Of a stretch of 64,000 bases of DNA, positions 33,916 to 43,408 are shown one piece after another (position 1 is the first letter of the stretch; each line of letters begins with the position of its first letter). The DNA is from a virus (taxonomy: Duplodnaviria > Heunggongvirae > Uroviricota > Caudoviricetes): IMG/VR virus record IMGVR_UViG_3300013383_000018. One strand, written 5' to 3'. A program made the translations under genes and the position numbers. The notes beneath the pieces are model-generated. The model was not told where the DNA came from. It ran no database searches and was given only the letters and a program-made list of their open reading frames with translations.

Positions 33916-34938
33916 ATGACGATTGAGCAAATCAAAGAGATGGTCAACGGTTCTGCTTATGATTTCCTTAGAACAAACGAGCACCTCGGAAGCAAGATTA
34001 TTTTTCTTACACTTGGTGGCAGTTATTCCTATGGAACAAATGTTGAAACATCCGATGTCGATGTGAGAGGATGTGCGTTGAACAGCGAATCTGATTTGCT
34101 TGGTCTGACAAGCTTCGAGCAGGTCGTTAATACACAAACGGATACGACAATCTACGCTTTCAATAAGCTGGTGAGCTTGCTTCTAAATTGTAACCCAAAT
34201 ACGATTGAAATGCTTGGGTGTAAGCCGGAGCACTATTTCTATATCTCAGACATTGGCAGAGAAATGATTGCCAACAGGAAGATGTTCCTGTCTAAGCGAG
34301 CAGTCCATTCTTTTGGAGGTTATGCGAATCAGCAGCTTCGGCGTTTGGAAAATGCTCTTGCGCGAGATAGGTTATCACAGGCAAGAAGAGAGGAGCATAT
34401 CCTCAACTCTATGAAAGGCGCCGTTAAATCATTTGAGAGTCGATACACGATTTTTGAAAACGGCAGCATTGTTCTCTATACAGATGAGAGCCCGCGAGAG
34501 GATTTAGACCGTGAGATTTTTGCAGATATCCAGCTTAAAAAGTATCCGGTCAGAGAGTTCAATAGTGTAATCAACGACCTGACGAATGTTATCGGGACGT
34601 ATGAGAAGCTCAATCACAGGAACCACAAGAAGGACGACGAGCATTTGAACAAACACGCGATGCATCTTATTCGTTTGTATCTTCTCTGCTTGGATATTCT
34701 GGAGAAAGAGGATATTGTCACATATCGTGGTGACGACCTGCCCCTTCTGATGAGTATCCGCAAAGGCGATTACCAACTGGAAGATGGGACGTACAGACCA
34801 GAGTTCTTTGAAATGGTTTCTGACTTTGAGAAACGACTCAATTACGCAAAGCAAAACACGAGCCTCCCAGAGACCCCGGATATGAAGAAAGTTGAGGAAT
34901 TCGTCGTGAGTGTAAACAGGAGGGCGATTGATGCATAA
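33916..34938 (+). CDS. Pol-beta-superfamily nucleotidyltransferase (class unresolved)
   Basis: GGSYSYGTNVETSDVDV (GS-x9-DxD). Confidence 0.6.
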   Translation: MTIEQIKEMVNGSAYDFLRTNEHLGSKIIFLTLGGSYSYGTNVETSDVDVRGCALNSESDLLGLTSFEQVVNTQTDTTIYAFNKLVSLLLNCNPNTIEMLGCKPEHYFYISDIGREMIANRKMFLSKRAVHSFGGYANQQLRRLENALARDRLSQARREEHILNSMKGAVKSFESRYTIFENGSIVLYTDESPREDLDREIFADIQLKKYPVREFNSVINDLTNVIGTYEKLNHRNHKKDDEHLNKHAMHLIRLYLLCLDILEKEDIVTYRGDDLPLLMSIRKGDYQLEDGTYRPEFFEMVSDFEKRLNYAKQNTSLPETPDMKKVEEFVVSVNRRAIDA

Positions 34939-36274
34939 GATTTCTATCCCTAAAGGTGCGCGAGCAGTTCTGCTGAATCTCCGATATGAAAACCATGAAG
35001 CATATGTGGTCGGCGGATGCGTCAGAGACAGTCTGCTTGGAAAAGAACCGAAAGACTGGGATATCTGCACCTCTGCTACACCGGACGAGGTTAAAGAACT
35101 AATGCATCGTCGTGGTACAAAGACAATCGACACTGGGCTGCAGCATGGAACAGTAACAGTTGACATGGATACTGCTGGAAAGTATGAAGTCACAACGTTT
35201 CGAATTGACGGAAGTTACACAGACGGGAGACATCCTGACTATGTGGAATTTACCGAGAGTATTTATAAGGACTTATCTCGCAGAGATTTCACCATCAACG
35301 CTATGGCGTACAACAGCGCTGGATTGATTGACCCGTTCCACGGGAGAGACGATTTACAAGCAGGAGTTATTCGTTGTGTCGGTAATCCTGATGAACGCTT
35401 TGAAGAAGATGCGCTTCGCATTATGCGAGCTCTGAGATTCGCAGCGACTTATGGTTTCTCTATCGAAGAACGGACAGCCGCTGCTATCCACAAGGACGCT
35501 TGGATGTTAAAACGCATTGCTGCGGAGCGAATCAATGGCGAGCTTTGTAAAATGTTGCTCGGTGACGGTATCTTAAATGTACTGTTGGATTTCGCTGATG
35601 TTATTGCAACGATTATTCCAGAAATGGAGCCTTGCATTGGTTTTGAACAGAACAACAAGTACCACCAATACACTGTGTACGAGCATATTGCACACGCTGT
35701 TGCAAACTATAGGGGCACTGATGTGTCCGTCAAGGTTGCTCTGCTGCTCCATGATATCGGGAAACCCCAATGCTATACCGAAGATGAAAATGGCGGGCAC
35801 TTCCACGGGCATGGAGTTCCAAGCCGCGATATTGCAGAACAAGTTTTGGATAGACTGCGGTTCGATAATAAGACAAAGCAAGAAGTTCTTGAGCTTGTGC
35901 TCTATCACGACACAATGATTGAACCAACGCCCCGCACAGTCCGCAAATGGCTGCACAAACTCGGTGAACACCGGTTTTCGCAGTTTTTGGATGTACGGAT
36001 GGCTGATATTCTTGCCCATGCAGAGGGCACTCAGGAGTCCAGAATCGAAAGATGTATCGCGCTCGGCTCTATCATGTCTGAGGTTTTGGAGGCTGAGCAG
36101 TGCTTTGCATTAAAAGACCTGCAAATCAATGGCAGAAATATTATGAGTCTCGGCGTTGAACAAGGAAAACGTGTTGGCGAAATCCTTAACAGCCTTTTAG
36201 ATGAAGTGATTTCAGGGGCTTTAGAAAACGAACACAGTGCTTTGATGCAGAGGGCGGTGGAGCTTCTTGGATGA
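34928..36274 (+). CDS. cca: CCA-adding tRNA nucleotidyltransferase with HD domain
   Basis: GGCVRDSLLGKEPKDWDI head-domain motif. RRDFTINAMAY. HD motif LLHDIGKP. Confidence 0.85.
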   Translation: MMHKISIPKGARAVLLNLRYENHEAYVVGGCVRDSLLGKEPKDWDICTSATPDEVKELMHRRGTKTIDTGLQHGTVTVDMDTAGKYEVTTFRIDGSYTDGRHPDYVEFTESIYKDLSRRDFTINAMAYNSAGLIDPFHGRDDLQAGVIRCVGNPDERFEEDALRIMRALRFAATYGFSIEERTAAAIHKDAWMLKRIAAERINGELCKMLLGDGILNVLLDFADVIATIIPEMEPCIGFEQNNKYHQYTVYEHIAHAVANYRGTDVSVKVALLLHDIGKPQCYTEDENGGHFHGHGVPSRDIAEQVLDRLRFDNKTKQEVLELVLYHDTMIEPTPRTVRKWLHKLGEHRFSQFLDVRMADILAHAEGTQESRIERCIALGSIMSEVLEAEQCFALKDLQINGRNIMSLGVEQGKRVGEILNSLLDEVISGALENEHSALMQRAVELLG

Positions 36275-36485
36275 ACTCAAATACCCCAAAGGCGAAAGAG
36301 TTTGGGTAGGATATTATAATGCTGAGCATGAGCTTTGCTTCATTCTTACCAGCAAAGAGAGCCGCGAGTTCTATTTTTTATATGAGCTTGTTGATGGTGA
36401 GTTTAAGAAGCTCGGGAAAGCAAGAACCCCAAAAGAACTTGAGGACAAGTTCGAGGTTTCAAAGAAGATGAGGTGTGCACAATGA
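36267..36485 (+). CDS. small hypothetical protein
   Basis: ORF only. Confidence 0.4.
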   Translation: MDELKYPKGERVWVGYYNAEHELCFILTSKESREFYFLYELVDGEFKKLGKARTPKELEDKFEVSKKMRCAQ

Positions 36486-37093
36486 TGTCTGATTTTGAGT
36501 ATGATTGCTGGCAGCGTAAGCGCCTTGCACAGCAAGCGAAGTACCGCAAGTGCGGGAGCAAGAGCAAGAAATGCTCAATGTCAACAGACCACATGACTCA
36601 GAAACAGTGGAAAGAAAGGAATGGGAAAGTTGTGACCGTTAACTTGAACCAACCAATTACATGGGATGAATTCAAAGCACTGACTACATCAATGCAAGAA
36701 GAGTACCTACGACATATGATGGAGAACTATGGCGCCAATGCAACGAGTTTTGCCGCCATGTTTGGGGTACAACCGCTTACGATTCGACGGCACATCCAGA
36801 TGAACAAGCTGAATATCAAGTTCCCAGTTGGTCACTCTATGAGTACAGCACAAAAGGATGCGTGGGATGAATTGCTGCACGGGAAAACATCTGATGAGGG
36901 TGTCGAAGTAGAAGCAGAAGATGTACCAGCTACCAAGTTGGACGAAGCAGCTTCCAAACAGAGTATGGATATGAAGCGCTTTTCACTATGCTTTAATGGA
37001 AGAATTGATGTCAGTATGATTGCAAATTCTTTAGTACATATCTTGGGCGACAATGCAGTTGGAGAGGTTGAAATTGTGTGTAATCTTGGTTGA
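36473..37093 (+). CDS. hypothetical protein with putative HTH (possible transcription regulator)
   Basis: ATSFAAMFGVQPLTIRRHI resembles a sigma region-4-like HTH. Confidence 0.45.
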   Translation: MCTMMSDFEYDCWQRKRLAQQAKYRKCGSKSKKCSMSTDHMTQKQWKERNGKVVTVNLNQPITWDEFKALTTSMQEEYLRHMMENYGANATSFAAMFGVQPLTIRRHIQMNKLNIKFPVGHSMSTAQKDAWDELLHGKTSDEGVEVEAEDVPATKLDEAASKQSMDMKRFSLCFNGRIDVSMIANSLVHILGDNAVGEVEIVCNLG

Positions 37094-37147
37094 TTTGCCT
37101 TGATAATCTGCATCTTTGTGATAGAATTGAATTAAAGGAGTGGTCAA

Positions 37148-37537
37148 ATGGATAACAGCTTTGACTTGAAGTTTATGTCTGATGAGGAACTGCAAAACGC
37201 AATGGACGAGTTCGTCAATAGCGTTAAGGATGATGTTTCAGCGGATGAAGAAAAGACAACGGTTTTGAATCCAATTAAGCTGCAGCAGATGCAGTTTGCT
37301 CATGCGGTACTAAAGTATATTACGCGGGATTCTGATGTTGAAATTTCCTATAAATTGAATACGCCGTTCAAAACGATGGGAAGCATCAGCGTTGAGGGAG
37401 AAGTGCTGGCTTTTGACAAACCAGAGTGGTTTGCGAGAGTGGCAGAGTTTGCAAACAACATGGAGGTTTATCCGTTGGTTAAGAACCGAGTTCGTTTGAC
37501 ATTTACATTCCACGGTCTCACGAAACCGATTGAATAA
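37148..37537 (+). CDS. hypothetical protein
   Basis: RBS AAAGGAG. Confidence 0.5.
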   Translation: MDNSFDLKFMSDEELQNAMDEFVNSVKDDVSADEEKTTVLNPIKLQQMQFAHAVLKYITRDSDVEISYKLNTPFKTMGSISVEGEVLAFDKPEWFARVAEFANNMEVYPLVKNRVRLTFTFHGLTKPIE

Positions 37538-37549
37538 GAGGAGGCTGGA

Positions 37550-37909
37550 ATGGAGTACACAACTTGCAAAGACTCTATTATGGAGTTAATTGACGATGGT
37601 TCTAAGGTCTTTGGAAACGACTATAAAATTTCCAAAGAGATGCTTTTGAAAATCGATGAGGTTTGCGACGGAGTAGACGAGCTGGTATCTGAAATTGAAT
37701 GCGAAAGTGTCCATGCAGATATCGAAGAGAAAACGAAGACACTTCGTATCGTCATCGTTTGTGACGAGCTTGAGCTTCACGGAGGAAGAACTAACGGGTT
37801 CTTCGACCTCATTACAAAACTGAACTCTTTTAGCTTTTCAAAGCATGGTCGGGAGTTCATCAAAATCGAGTTGAACATTTCGAATGTATGGGAGCGTATG
37901 AGTGAATGA
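37550..37909 (+). CDS. hypothetical protein
   Basis: RBS GAGGAGG. Confidence 0.5.
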   Translation: MEYTTCKDSIMELIDDGSKVFGNDYKISKEMLLKIDEVCDGVDELVSEIECESVHADIEEKTKTLRIVIVCDELELHGGRTNGFFDLITKLNSFSFSKHGREFIKIELNISNVWERMSE

Positions 37910-38132
37910 AAAAAGAAGAGGGCGGCTAAGAGACGCCTTGAAAATGTTAAGCAGTGCTGCATCCATTGTGGAAACAGTTTGCGACAGTGAGCAAGACTGT
38001 ATGGACAACTATCCTGAAAACTTGCAAGGAACAGAAAAGTTTGAGCGTATGGAAGACGCGGTTGATAGTCTCAGCGATGCGCTCGAAAAGATAGACGATG
38101 CGAAAGGACATATCCAGTCTGCATTAGGCTGA
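37902..38132 (+). CDS. small hypothetical protein
   Basis: ORF only. Confidence 0.4.
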   Translation: MNEKRRGRLRDALKMLSSAASIVETVCDSEQDCMDNYPENLQGTEKFERMEDAVDSLSDALEKIDDAKGHIQSALG

Positions 38133-38147
38133 TGTAGTGGTGGCTTT

Positions 38148-38735
38148 ATGGAACTTGTGATTGCTGTGATTCTTGGAGTTATCTTGCTCATTAAATTTGG
38201 GTCGGATAAATCCGCAGTGAAGAATACTCGGGATGAGTATGACAAGAAGCAGCAGAAGATTTCTGAGTGGAAAAGTGTAGTGACAGACTGTAGCCTTGAG
38301 CAGCGGTTGAAAAACTATATCCAGAACCCAGAAAACAAAGAACAGGTTTCTAAAGAAGTCGCTCCTGTATATGAGAGCATCTTTTCTGGTAAGCAGCTTA
38401 GTGAGTTGTTTCCAAGAGAGCGTTGGTGTAAACCAAAAGCAGGATGGTCACCAGAATATCACGAGCAAGTTCAGAAAGAAATGTGCATGAAGAACTCGGA
38501 GAATGCACTCAGGATTATGATGGCAAAGCGCGGTAAGATTTTGGACTATGATGCAGATAGAAGCGCGTCTTATAGTCCGAGCGTAATGTCGAGTGGTATT
38601 TCTGCCGATTCTCCATTAACGGCATATGTTCTTATCTGGTGTGCAAAAGCTGTAGAAGAGCACGGCGTGCCAAACAAATTTGTTGTTCCTTCAATCGGGA
38701 AATATGGAGCAGGCAATATTCATTGGGAATTATAA
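38148..38735 (+). CDS. hypothetical membrane-anchored protein
   Basis: N-terminal TM helix. Confidence 0.5.
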   Translation: MELVIAVILGVILLIKFGSDKSAVKNTRDEYDKKQQKISEWKSVVTDCSLEQRLKNYIQNPENKEQVSKEVAPVYESIFSGKQLSELFPRERWCKPKAGWSPEYHEQVQKEMCMKNSENALRIMMAKRGKILDYDADRSASYSPSVMSSGISADSPLTAYVLIWCAKAVEEHGVPNKFVVPSIGKYGAGNIHWEL

Positions 38736-38736
38736 A

Positions 38737-38762
38737 AGTAGGGCTTACGCCCTACTTTTTCA
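38737..38762. terminator. bidirectional rho-independent terminator between convergent genes
   Basis: AGTAGGGC-TTAC-GCCCTACT with a T run on the + strand and an A run on the other side. Confidence 0.7.
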
Positions 38763-39563
38763 GTCCTCAAACAAATAATCTGGAAGGTCAATTTTTTCTT
38801 TCAACAGTACCTTGCCGCAGGCTTTTACAGAGCGTCCACTATCCGCCGAGACGAAGATGTTCGTATGGCGCAGCTCTGGGTTTGCAGAAACCAAAACCAG
38901 ATTGTTATTATCGTCAAGATAGTATTGCTTGCAATACATTGCACCGTCAACACAGAAGATGCCGACATCTCCAATTGTGAGCTCGGCGTCTTTTTCTACA
39001 TACACCATGTCACCATCATGGATGTAGGGATACATACTATTGCCTTGGATATCAACGGCGTAATCTGCTTCTTCTGGCACGGAGCTATCCACAAGAATCA
39101 TCTCGAAGTCAACCCCGTCGAGAGGTACGGAGCTACCGGCAGCAGAGGGAGTGGTATAGCGAGGAATGTAGCGCTCGCTCTTAACCTGCTGCAAATCGAT
39201 GACTTTTGGAATAACACGAGGCTTCTTCGTGGCATCAACCCTTTCCTTCTCAAGTGCGCAGATTGCATCAACTGCTCTTTGCCCATAGTTGTCAAGACTT
39301 TGATAGCTGGACAGAAGCTTTCTTTCGGAAGAAGTAAGAACCAAAGTGTAGTTGGGTGCATTGTTTAAGTGGAAATCGAGCAAGGTGTCCATCGATATGT
39401 TGAGAACACGCCCGAGAGAAAGCAATGCATCCATTGCGGGTTTCTTGGTGTTGCGTTCCCAAGCACGAATTGTAACGGTGGAAACACCTACTGCATCCCC
39501 AAGATTTTGCTGAGTGAGGTTCCGTTCTACACGAAGGCTCTTCAGCCTCTGTCCGAAGTCCAT
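38760..39563 (-). CDS. phage CI/LexA-type repressor (N-terminal HTH plus S24 peptidase)
   Basis: HTH LTQQNLGDAVGVSTVTI. S24 catalytic GNSM and a downstream Lys. GGAGG is 8 nt before ATG 39563. Confidence 0.8.
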   Translation of the reverse strand: MDFGQRLKSLRVERNLTQQNLGDAVGVSTVTIRAWERNTKKPAMDALLSLGRVLNISMDTLLDFHLNNAPNYTLVLTSSERKLLSSYQSLDNYGQRAVDAICALEKERVDATKKPRVIPKVIDLQQVKSERYIPRYTTPSAAGSSVPLDGVDFEMILVDSSVPEEADYAVDIQGNSMYPYIHDGDMVYVEKDAELTIGDVGIFCVDGAMYCKQYYLDDNNNLVLVSANPELRHTNIFVSADSGRSVKACGKVLLKEKIDLPDYLFED

Positions 39564-39640
39564 GTTAAAGTCCTCCAAAAAATAAGCTCAAGTTTTGATG
39601 TTGACAGACCACTGTGTTTGTGGTAGCATAAAAACCGCAA

Positions 39641-39681
39641 CAACTGTTTCTACTGACAGCTTAACATAAACAACTGTTTCT
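39641..39681. promoter_or_regulatory. operator-like direct repeats CAACTGTTTCT x2 in the repressor divergent region
   Basis: 11-nt identical repeats at 39641 and 39671. Adjacent 9-bp hairpin GGTAGCTCG/CGAGCTACC. Confidence 0.5.
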
Positions 39682-39876
39682 GTCAATGGTAAAAAGGTAG
39701 CTCGCCAGTATAGACGAGCTACCACGAAACGCACACTGCCATGAATACCAACATAACAACAGCGTGCAGCGACCCGTGCTTGACAGGTCGAAGTCATCAC
39801 TGACACCACTCAGCAATGACTCGCTTGTAGTATAACACGGGATTTCTCGTAAATCAATGGAGGTTTTTACTACAGG

Positions 39877-40200
39877 ATGAAGAAGATAGTCTCAGTCAAG
39901 GAACTTAAAGAGTATTGTGAAAACCATAAGCCTCAGCAGATTTCCTTTTACACAGAGAACCAGAGTTGGTATTGCGTTTCAGACCCATGCAAATTCAAGT
40001 TGTCATTCCCGATTATGTTGATATACGAGAACCCAAACCTGATTTGCTTAAAATCTGGAGCAAATACCTTATGTTTTGACCGAGTACGTTGTGTCGAGAT
40101 TGACACTGAAATGACTGTGATTGGAACTGTTTTCACAGTCTTTTGCGGAGGTAGAAACGACAAAGAACAAGAAATCACCTATACCCTGTTAGCCGGTTAA
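39877..40200 (+). CDS. hypothetical protein (first lytic-direction gene; Cro role not supported)
   Basis: RBS GGAGG. Confidence 0.5.
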   Translation: MKKIVSVKELKEYCENHKPQQISFYTENQSWYCVSDPCKFKLSFPIMLIYENPNLICLKSGANTLCFDRVRCVEIDTEMTVIGTVFTVFCGGRNDKEQEITYTLLAG

Positions 40201-40230
40201 ATATTTTTTGATGTTGTCTATATAATTAAC

Positions 40231-40737
40231 TTGACTCTGCCATATTGGGCGTGCTATACTCCAACCATCAACATAATTGTATTTAAGGGGTTTAGCATAT
40301 TGGGTTTTCAGAGTAACAAAGAGCGGGTTCCGCAGATTGGCGAAGTGTATCTGATGAAGTTTGGCGGCAGCGGCAGTGAGCAAAGCGGCTGGCGCCCGGG
40401 TGTTGTCTTCCAGAATAACGTGGGGAACGCACATAGTCCTAACATCATCGCCCTCCCGCTTACAAGTTCCCTCAAAAAGACGAATCAGCCTACGCACGTC
40501 ATCGTCAAAGCAGCAGACAGCGGTCTTCGCAGAGACAGTATGGTTCTTTGCGAGAACCCAGAGCGTATGTCCAAGGAGCGTCTTGGACAGTACATCACTA
40601 CGTTGTCCGAGGAATACATGAAGCAGGTTGCAGAAGCAAACCTGCTGGCGACAGGCGCAATCGCCTATCTGGACATCGAAGCGCTGCTTGCTGTATGGAA
40701 GAAAGCCGCAGCCCTAAACGCTGTTGTACCAGCATAA
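40231..40737 (+). CDS. MazF/PemK-like endoribonuclease toxin domain protein; start uncertain
   Basis: GSEQSGWRPGVVFQNN...NIIALPLTSS...PTHV matches the MazF/PemK core. Confidence 0.6.
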   Translation: MTLPYWACYTPTINIIVFKGFSILGFQSNKERVPQIGEVYLMKFGGSGSEQSGWRPGVVFQNNVGNAHSPNIIALPLTSSLKKTNQPTHVIVKAADSGLRRDSMVLCENPERMSKERLGQYITTLSEEYMKQVAEANLLATGAIAYLDIEALLAVWKKAAALNAVVPA

Positions 40738-40765
40738 CGCTACATACTAAAGTGGGAGGCTCGCT

Positions 40766-41716
40766 ATGTACAATGCGGAGTTAAAATCAAGATTCGTTAA
40801 AGACTACACCAAGAGTATCAACACAGCCAACGTTGCAACAACAGTGTTTGAGGCGTTTGAACCATATGAAGTCTCGTGGAATGCAGACTTATGCACTAAG
40901 AGCAAAGAAGAACTCCAACCGGCTATTGACGAGATACTCGCGTTACGCGCCAGAAGCCAGTGGATGTCACTCACAATTTTGAAGGAATATGTGAAGTGGT
41001 GTATTACTATGAAGGTGCCAAATGCTTGCGATGGGATGCTCGGCATTGAGACGGCAGGTCTGTCCAAAGTTAAGCGTCAAATGATTTCAAGCCCACTCCA
41101 CCTCCAGCGTGTTCTGGATGAAGTTTTTGATAAAGAGAGCGAAGAGACAATTGATGTTATCTATCGATGCTACTATTGGATGGCTTTTGGTGGTATCAAG
41201 GAAGACGATACGCTTCTTGTGAAAGCATCTGATATCGACTTCGCCAACATGGAGATTGCCTATAAGGATACACACATTCCGCTTTATCGTGAAGCATTAC
41301 CTGCATTCCATAAAGCAGCAGAGCTCAATAGCTTCCGCTATAAGAATCCCAATTACTCCCGAACGATTATACGGGATAGAGTTCCGGGCGACACATTGAT
41401 GCGTGGTATTCGTGCGGTAACAAAAACCGCAACACTTCGTTCAATTCTGTCTAAGAAATCGGCGCAGGCTATTGAAGAAGGGCTCACCCAGCAACAACTT
41501 AGCTTCTACCGGGTGTGGATGTCTGGATTGTTTTACAGAATGTACGATAGAGAACGAGCTGGCATTCCAATAGACTTCTCGGAAGCAGCAACTAACTTCG
41601 TATCCGACCGAACCTATGTGCTCAATGGAAGAATTAAGCTGGAGCACAAGCAGAATCGCATAGAGCGAGATTACATGGAAGACTACCAGCGTTGGAAGTT
41701 GGCGTTTTCAATCTAA
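40766..41716 (+). CDS. hypothetical protein (316 aa)
   Basis: RBS GGGAGG. Confidence 0.5.
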   Translation: MYNAELKSRFVKDYTKSINTANVATTVFEAFEPYEVSWNADLCTKSKEELQPAIDEILALRARSQWMSLTILKEYVKWCITMKVPNACDGMLGIETAGLSKVKRQMISSPLHLQRVLDEVFDKESEETIDVIYRCYYWMAFGGIKEDDTLLVKASDIDFANMEIAYKDTHIPLYREALPAFHKAAELNSFRYKNPNYSRTIIRDRVPGDTLMRGIRAVTKTATLRSILSKKSAQAIEEGLTQQQLSFYRVWMSGLFYRMYDRERAGIPIDFSEAATNFVSDRTYVLNGRIKLEHKQNRIERDYMEDYQRWKLAFSI

Positions 41717-41835
41717 CGTAGCGAATGAAGGGATTCCCACTGAGGTGGGTTTCTCTTTTACATATATCAACATAATTAAATAACATACATTGCCGAATGG
41801 CTTAGGTATAAATCTGGAAAGAAAGGAGAGAGTAT

Positions 41836-42111
41836 ATGGCTTTCAAGAAAACAAAGCAAGAGGCATTGGATTTGCTGCAGGAAAAGGAAAAGCGTCTGGC
41901 TGAACTGACAGAAGAGTCTGCATATGCGGTTCAGATGGTTCAGAACACCATTGATAATCTGCAGGCAGTCAACAGCGACATCCAGACTACGATGGACGAA
42001 ATCGATACATATATGCAGCGGTTGAATGATACTCGCAGCAGCCTCAGTACCACTCACGACAAGAACGAAAAAATCATGCAGAACTTCGCCAAGCTGTTGT
42101 GCGTTGATTAA
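41836..42111 (+). CDS. hypothetical coiled-coil protein
   Basis: RBS AAGGAGAG. Confidence 0.5.
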   Translation: MAFKKTKQEALDLLQEKEKRLAELTEESAYAVQMVQNTIDNLQAVNSDIQTTMDEIDTYMQRLNDTRSSLSTTHDKNEKIMQNFAKLLCVD

Positions 42112-42123
42112 GGAGGAAATTCA

Positions 42124-42702
42124 TTGAGCGAATTAAAGGAAAGATTCCTCGCGGTCTACAAAGAGACAGTTACACGAGCTGGTTCAGATTCGTTACTGGA
42201 CTGGCTCGAACATTCTGATTTCTTCGTGGCACCTGCTTCAACAAAGTATCACGGATGCTATGAGGGTGGGCTTTTGCAACACTCCCTCAATGTCTATGAT
42301 TGTTTGAAAATTGGAATCGAAGCAGCCGGATTACAAGGTGCCTACAGTGAGGAGACAATTGCAATCGTCTCTTTGATGCACGACCTTTGTAAAGTCAACT
42401 ACTACAAAAAGGGCTTTCGGAATGTCAAGGACGAAGAGACTGGACAGTGGTATAAGAAAGAGGTTTATGAGGTTGATGAGAAGTTCCCTTGCGGAGAACA
42501 CGCGGATAAGTCTATCATCATCCTTCAGAACTTCATTCGTCTTGAACCAGAAGAAATCTTGGCGATTCGTGCTCATATGGGCGGTTGGGACACCGCAGTA
42601 AAGGGCGGCAACGCTTTCATTGGTAAGATTTTTGAGCGCAGCAAACTGGCGCTCATGCTGCATCTTGCCGACATGGGCGCAACATATTTAATGGAGGGAT
42701 GA
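42124..42702 (+). CDS. HD-domain phosphohydrolase; TTG start
   Basis: H...HD motif (QHSLNV, LMHDLCK). AAGGAGG before the TTG. Confidence 0.65.
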   Translation: MSELKERFLAVYKETVTRAGSDSLLDWLEHSDFFVAPASTKYHGCYEGGLLQHSLNVYDCLKIGIEAAGLQGAYSEETIAIVSLMHDLCKVNYYKKGFRNVKDEETGQWYKKEVYEVDEKFPCGEHADKSIIILQNFIRLEPEEILAIRAHMGGWDTAVKGGNAFIGKIFERSKLALMLHLADMGATYLMEG

Positions 42703-42703
42703 A

Positions 42704-43399
42704 ATGGCAGAACAGATGAACATTTATCAGAAACTTGCCAGAATCAGAAAGCAAGTGGAGGTCATCCAGAAGAACAAGAGTGGCTACGGTTACAAGTATG
42801 TTTCCGAGGATGAGATTCTCGCAAAAATCTCAGTGTTTATGGACAAATATGGTCTGTCCCTGATTCCCAACATCAAGCAGGGCAGCACAATTGTGTCCCC
42901 ATATACATACAAGAAAACCAAAACCACTGGCAAGGGTGACATCTACGAGGAGAACAACAACGAGGTTTTGGTTAGCGCGGATATGACATGGTCTTGGGTT
43001 GACAACGACAACCCGGAAGAGCGTATCGACGTTGAATGGGCGCTTGTTGGTCAACAGGGTGATGCTTCTCAGGCATTCGGCTCTGGTCTGACGTATTCGA
43101 ATCGCTATTTCCTGCTCAAGTTCTTCAATATTGCTACACCCGATGCAGACCCCGATGCATTCCGTAGCAAACAGAGAGCGGCGGAAACGGCAGAAGATAA
43201 AATGATTGCCGAGCAAATCATTCAGAGTTTTGATGAGACGCTGAAAGCGTATCTCAATGCGAATAAGGATAAGACAGACGATGTTAAGAAGTTTGTGTCC
43301 AAATACGCAAAGGGCGGCAATTACTTTGCAATTACGGAATCCGTGTTGGCAGGAAAACTTCTGTCGGATTTCAAGGAAACGTTTAAGATTGAGGAGTGA
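42704..43399 (+). CDS. erf: ERF-family single-strand annealing protein
   Basis: N-terminal pattern IYQKLARIRKQV...GYGYKYVSEDEIL typical of ERF. Confidence 0.6.
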   Translation: MAEQMNIYQKLARIRKQVEVIQKNKSGYGYKYVSEDEILAKISVFMDKYGLSLIPNIKQGSTIVSPYTYKKTKTTGKGDIYEENNNEVLVSADMTWSWVDNDNPEERIDVEWALVGQQGDASQAFGSGLTYSNRYFLLKFFNIATPDADPDAFRSKQRAAETAEDKMIAEQIIQSFDETLKAYLNANKDKTDDVKKFVSKYAKGGNYFAITESVLAGKLLSDFKETFKIEE

Positions 43400-43408
43400 T
43401 ACACTATG

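Noticed and set aside
33916-34938. Nucleotidyltransferase as a cGAS/DncV-like CD-NTase (phage-encoded signalling enzyme)
   Set aside because: Only the generic GS...DxD Pol-beta signature is visible. No second-domain features could be verified by eye. It is left as an unclassified NTase.
39564-39578. Upstream start (MEDFNMDFGQ) for the CI-like repressor
   Set aside because: GGAGG lies 8 nt before the internal ATG at 39563 and nothing lies before 39578. Repressor HTH domains typically begin right at MDFGQRLK.
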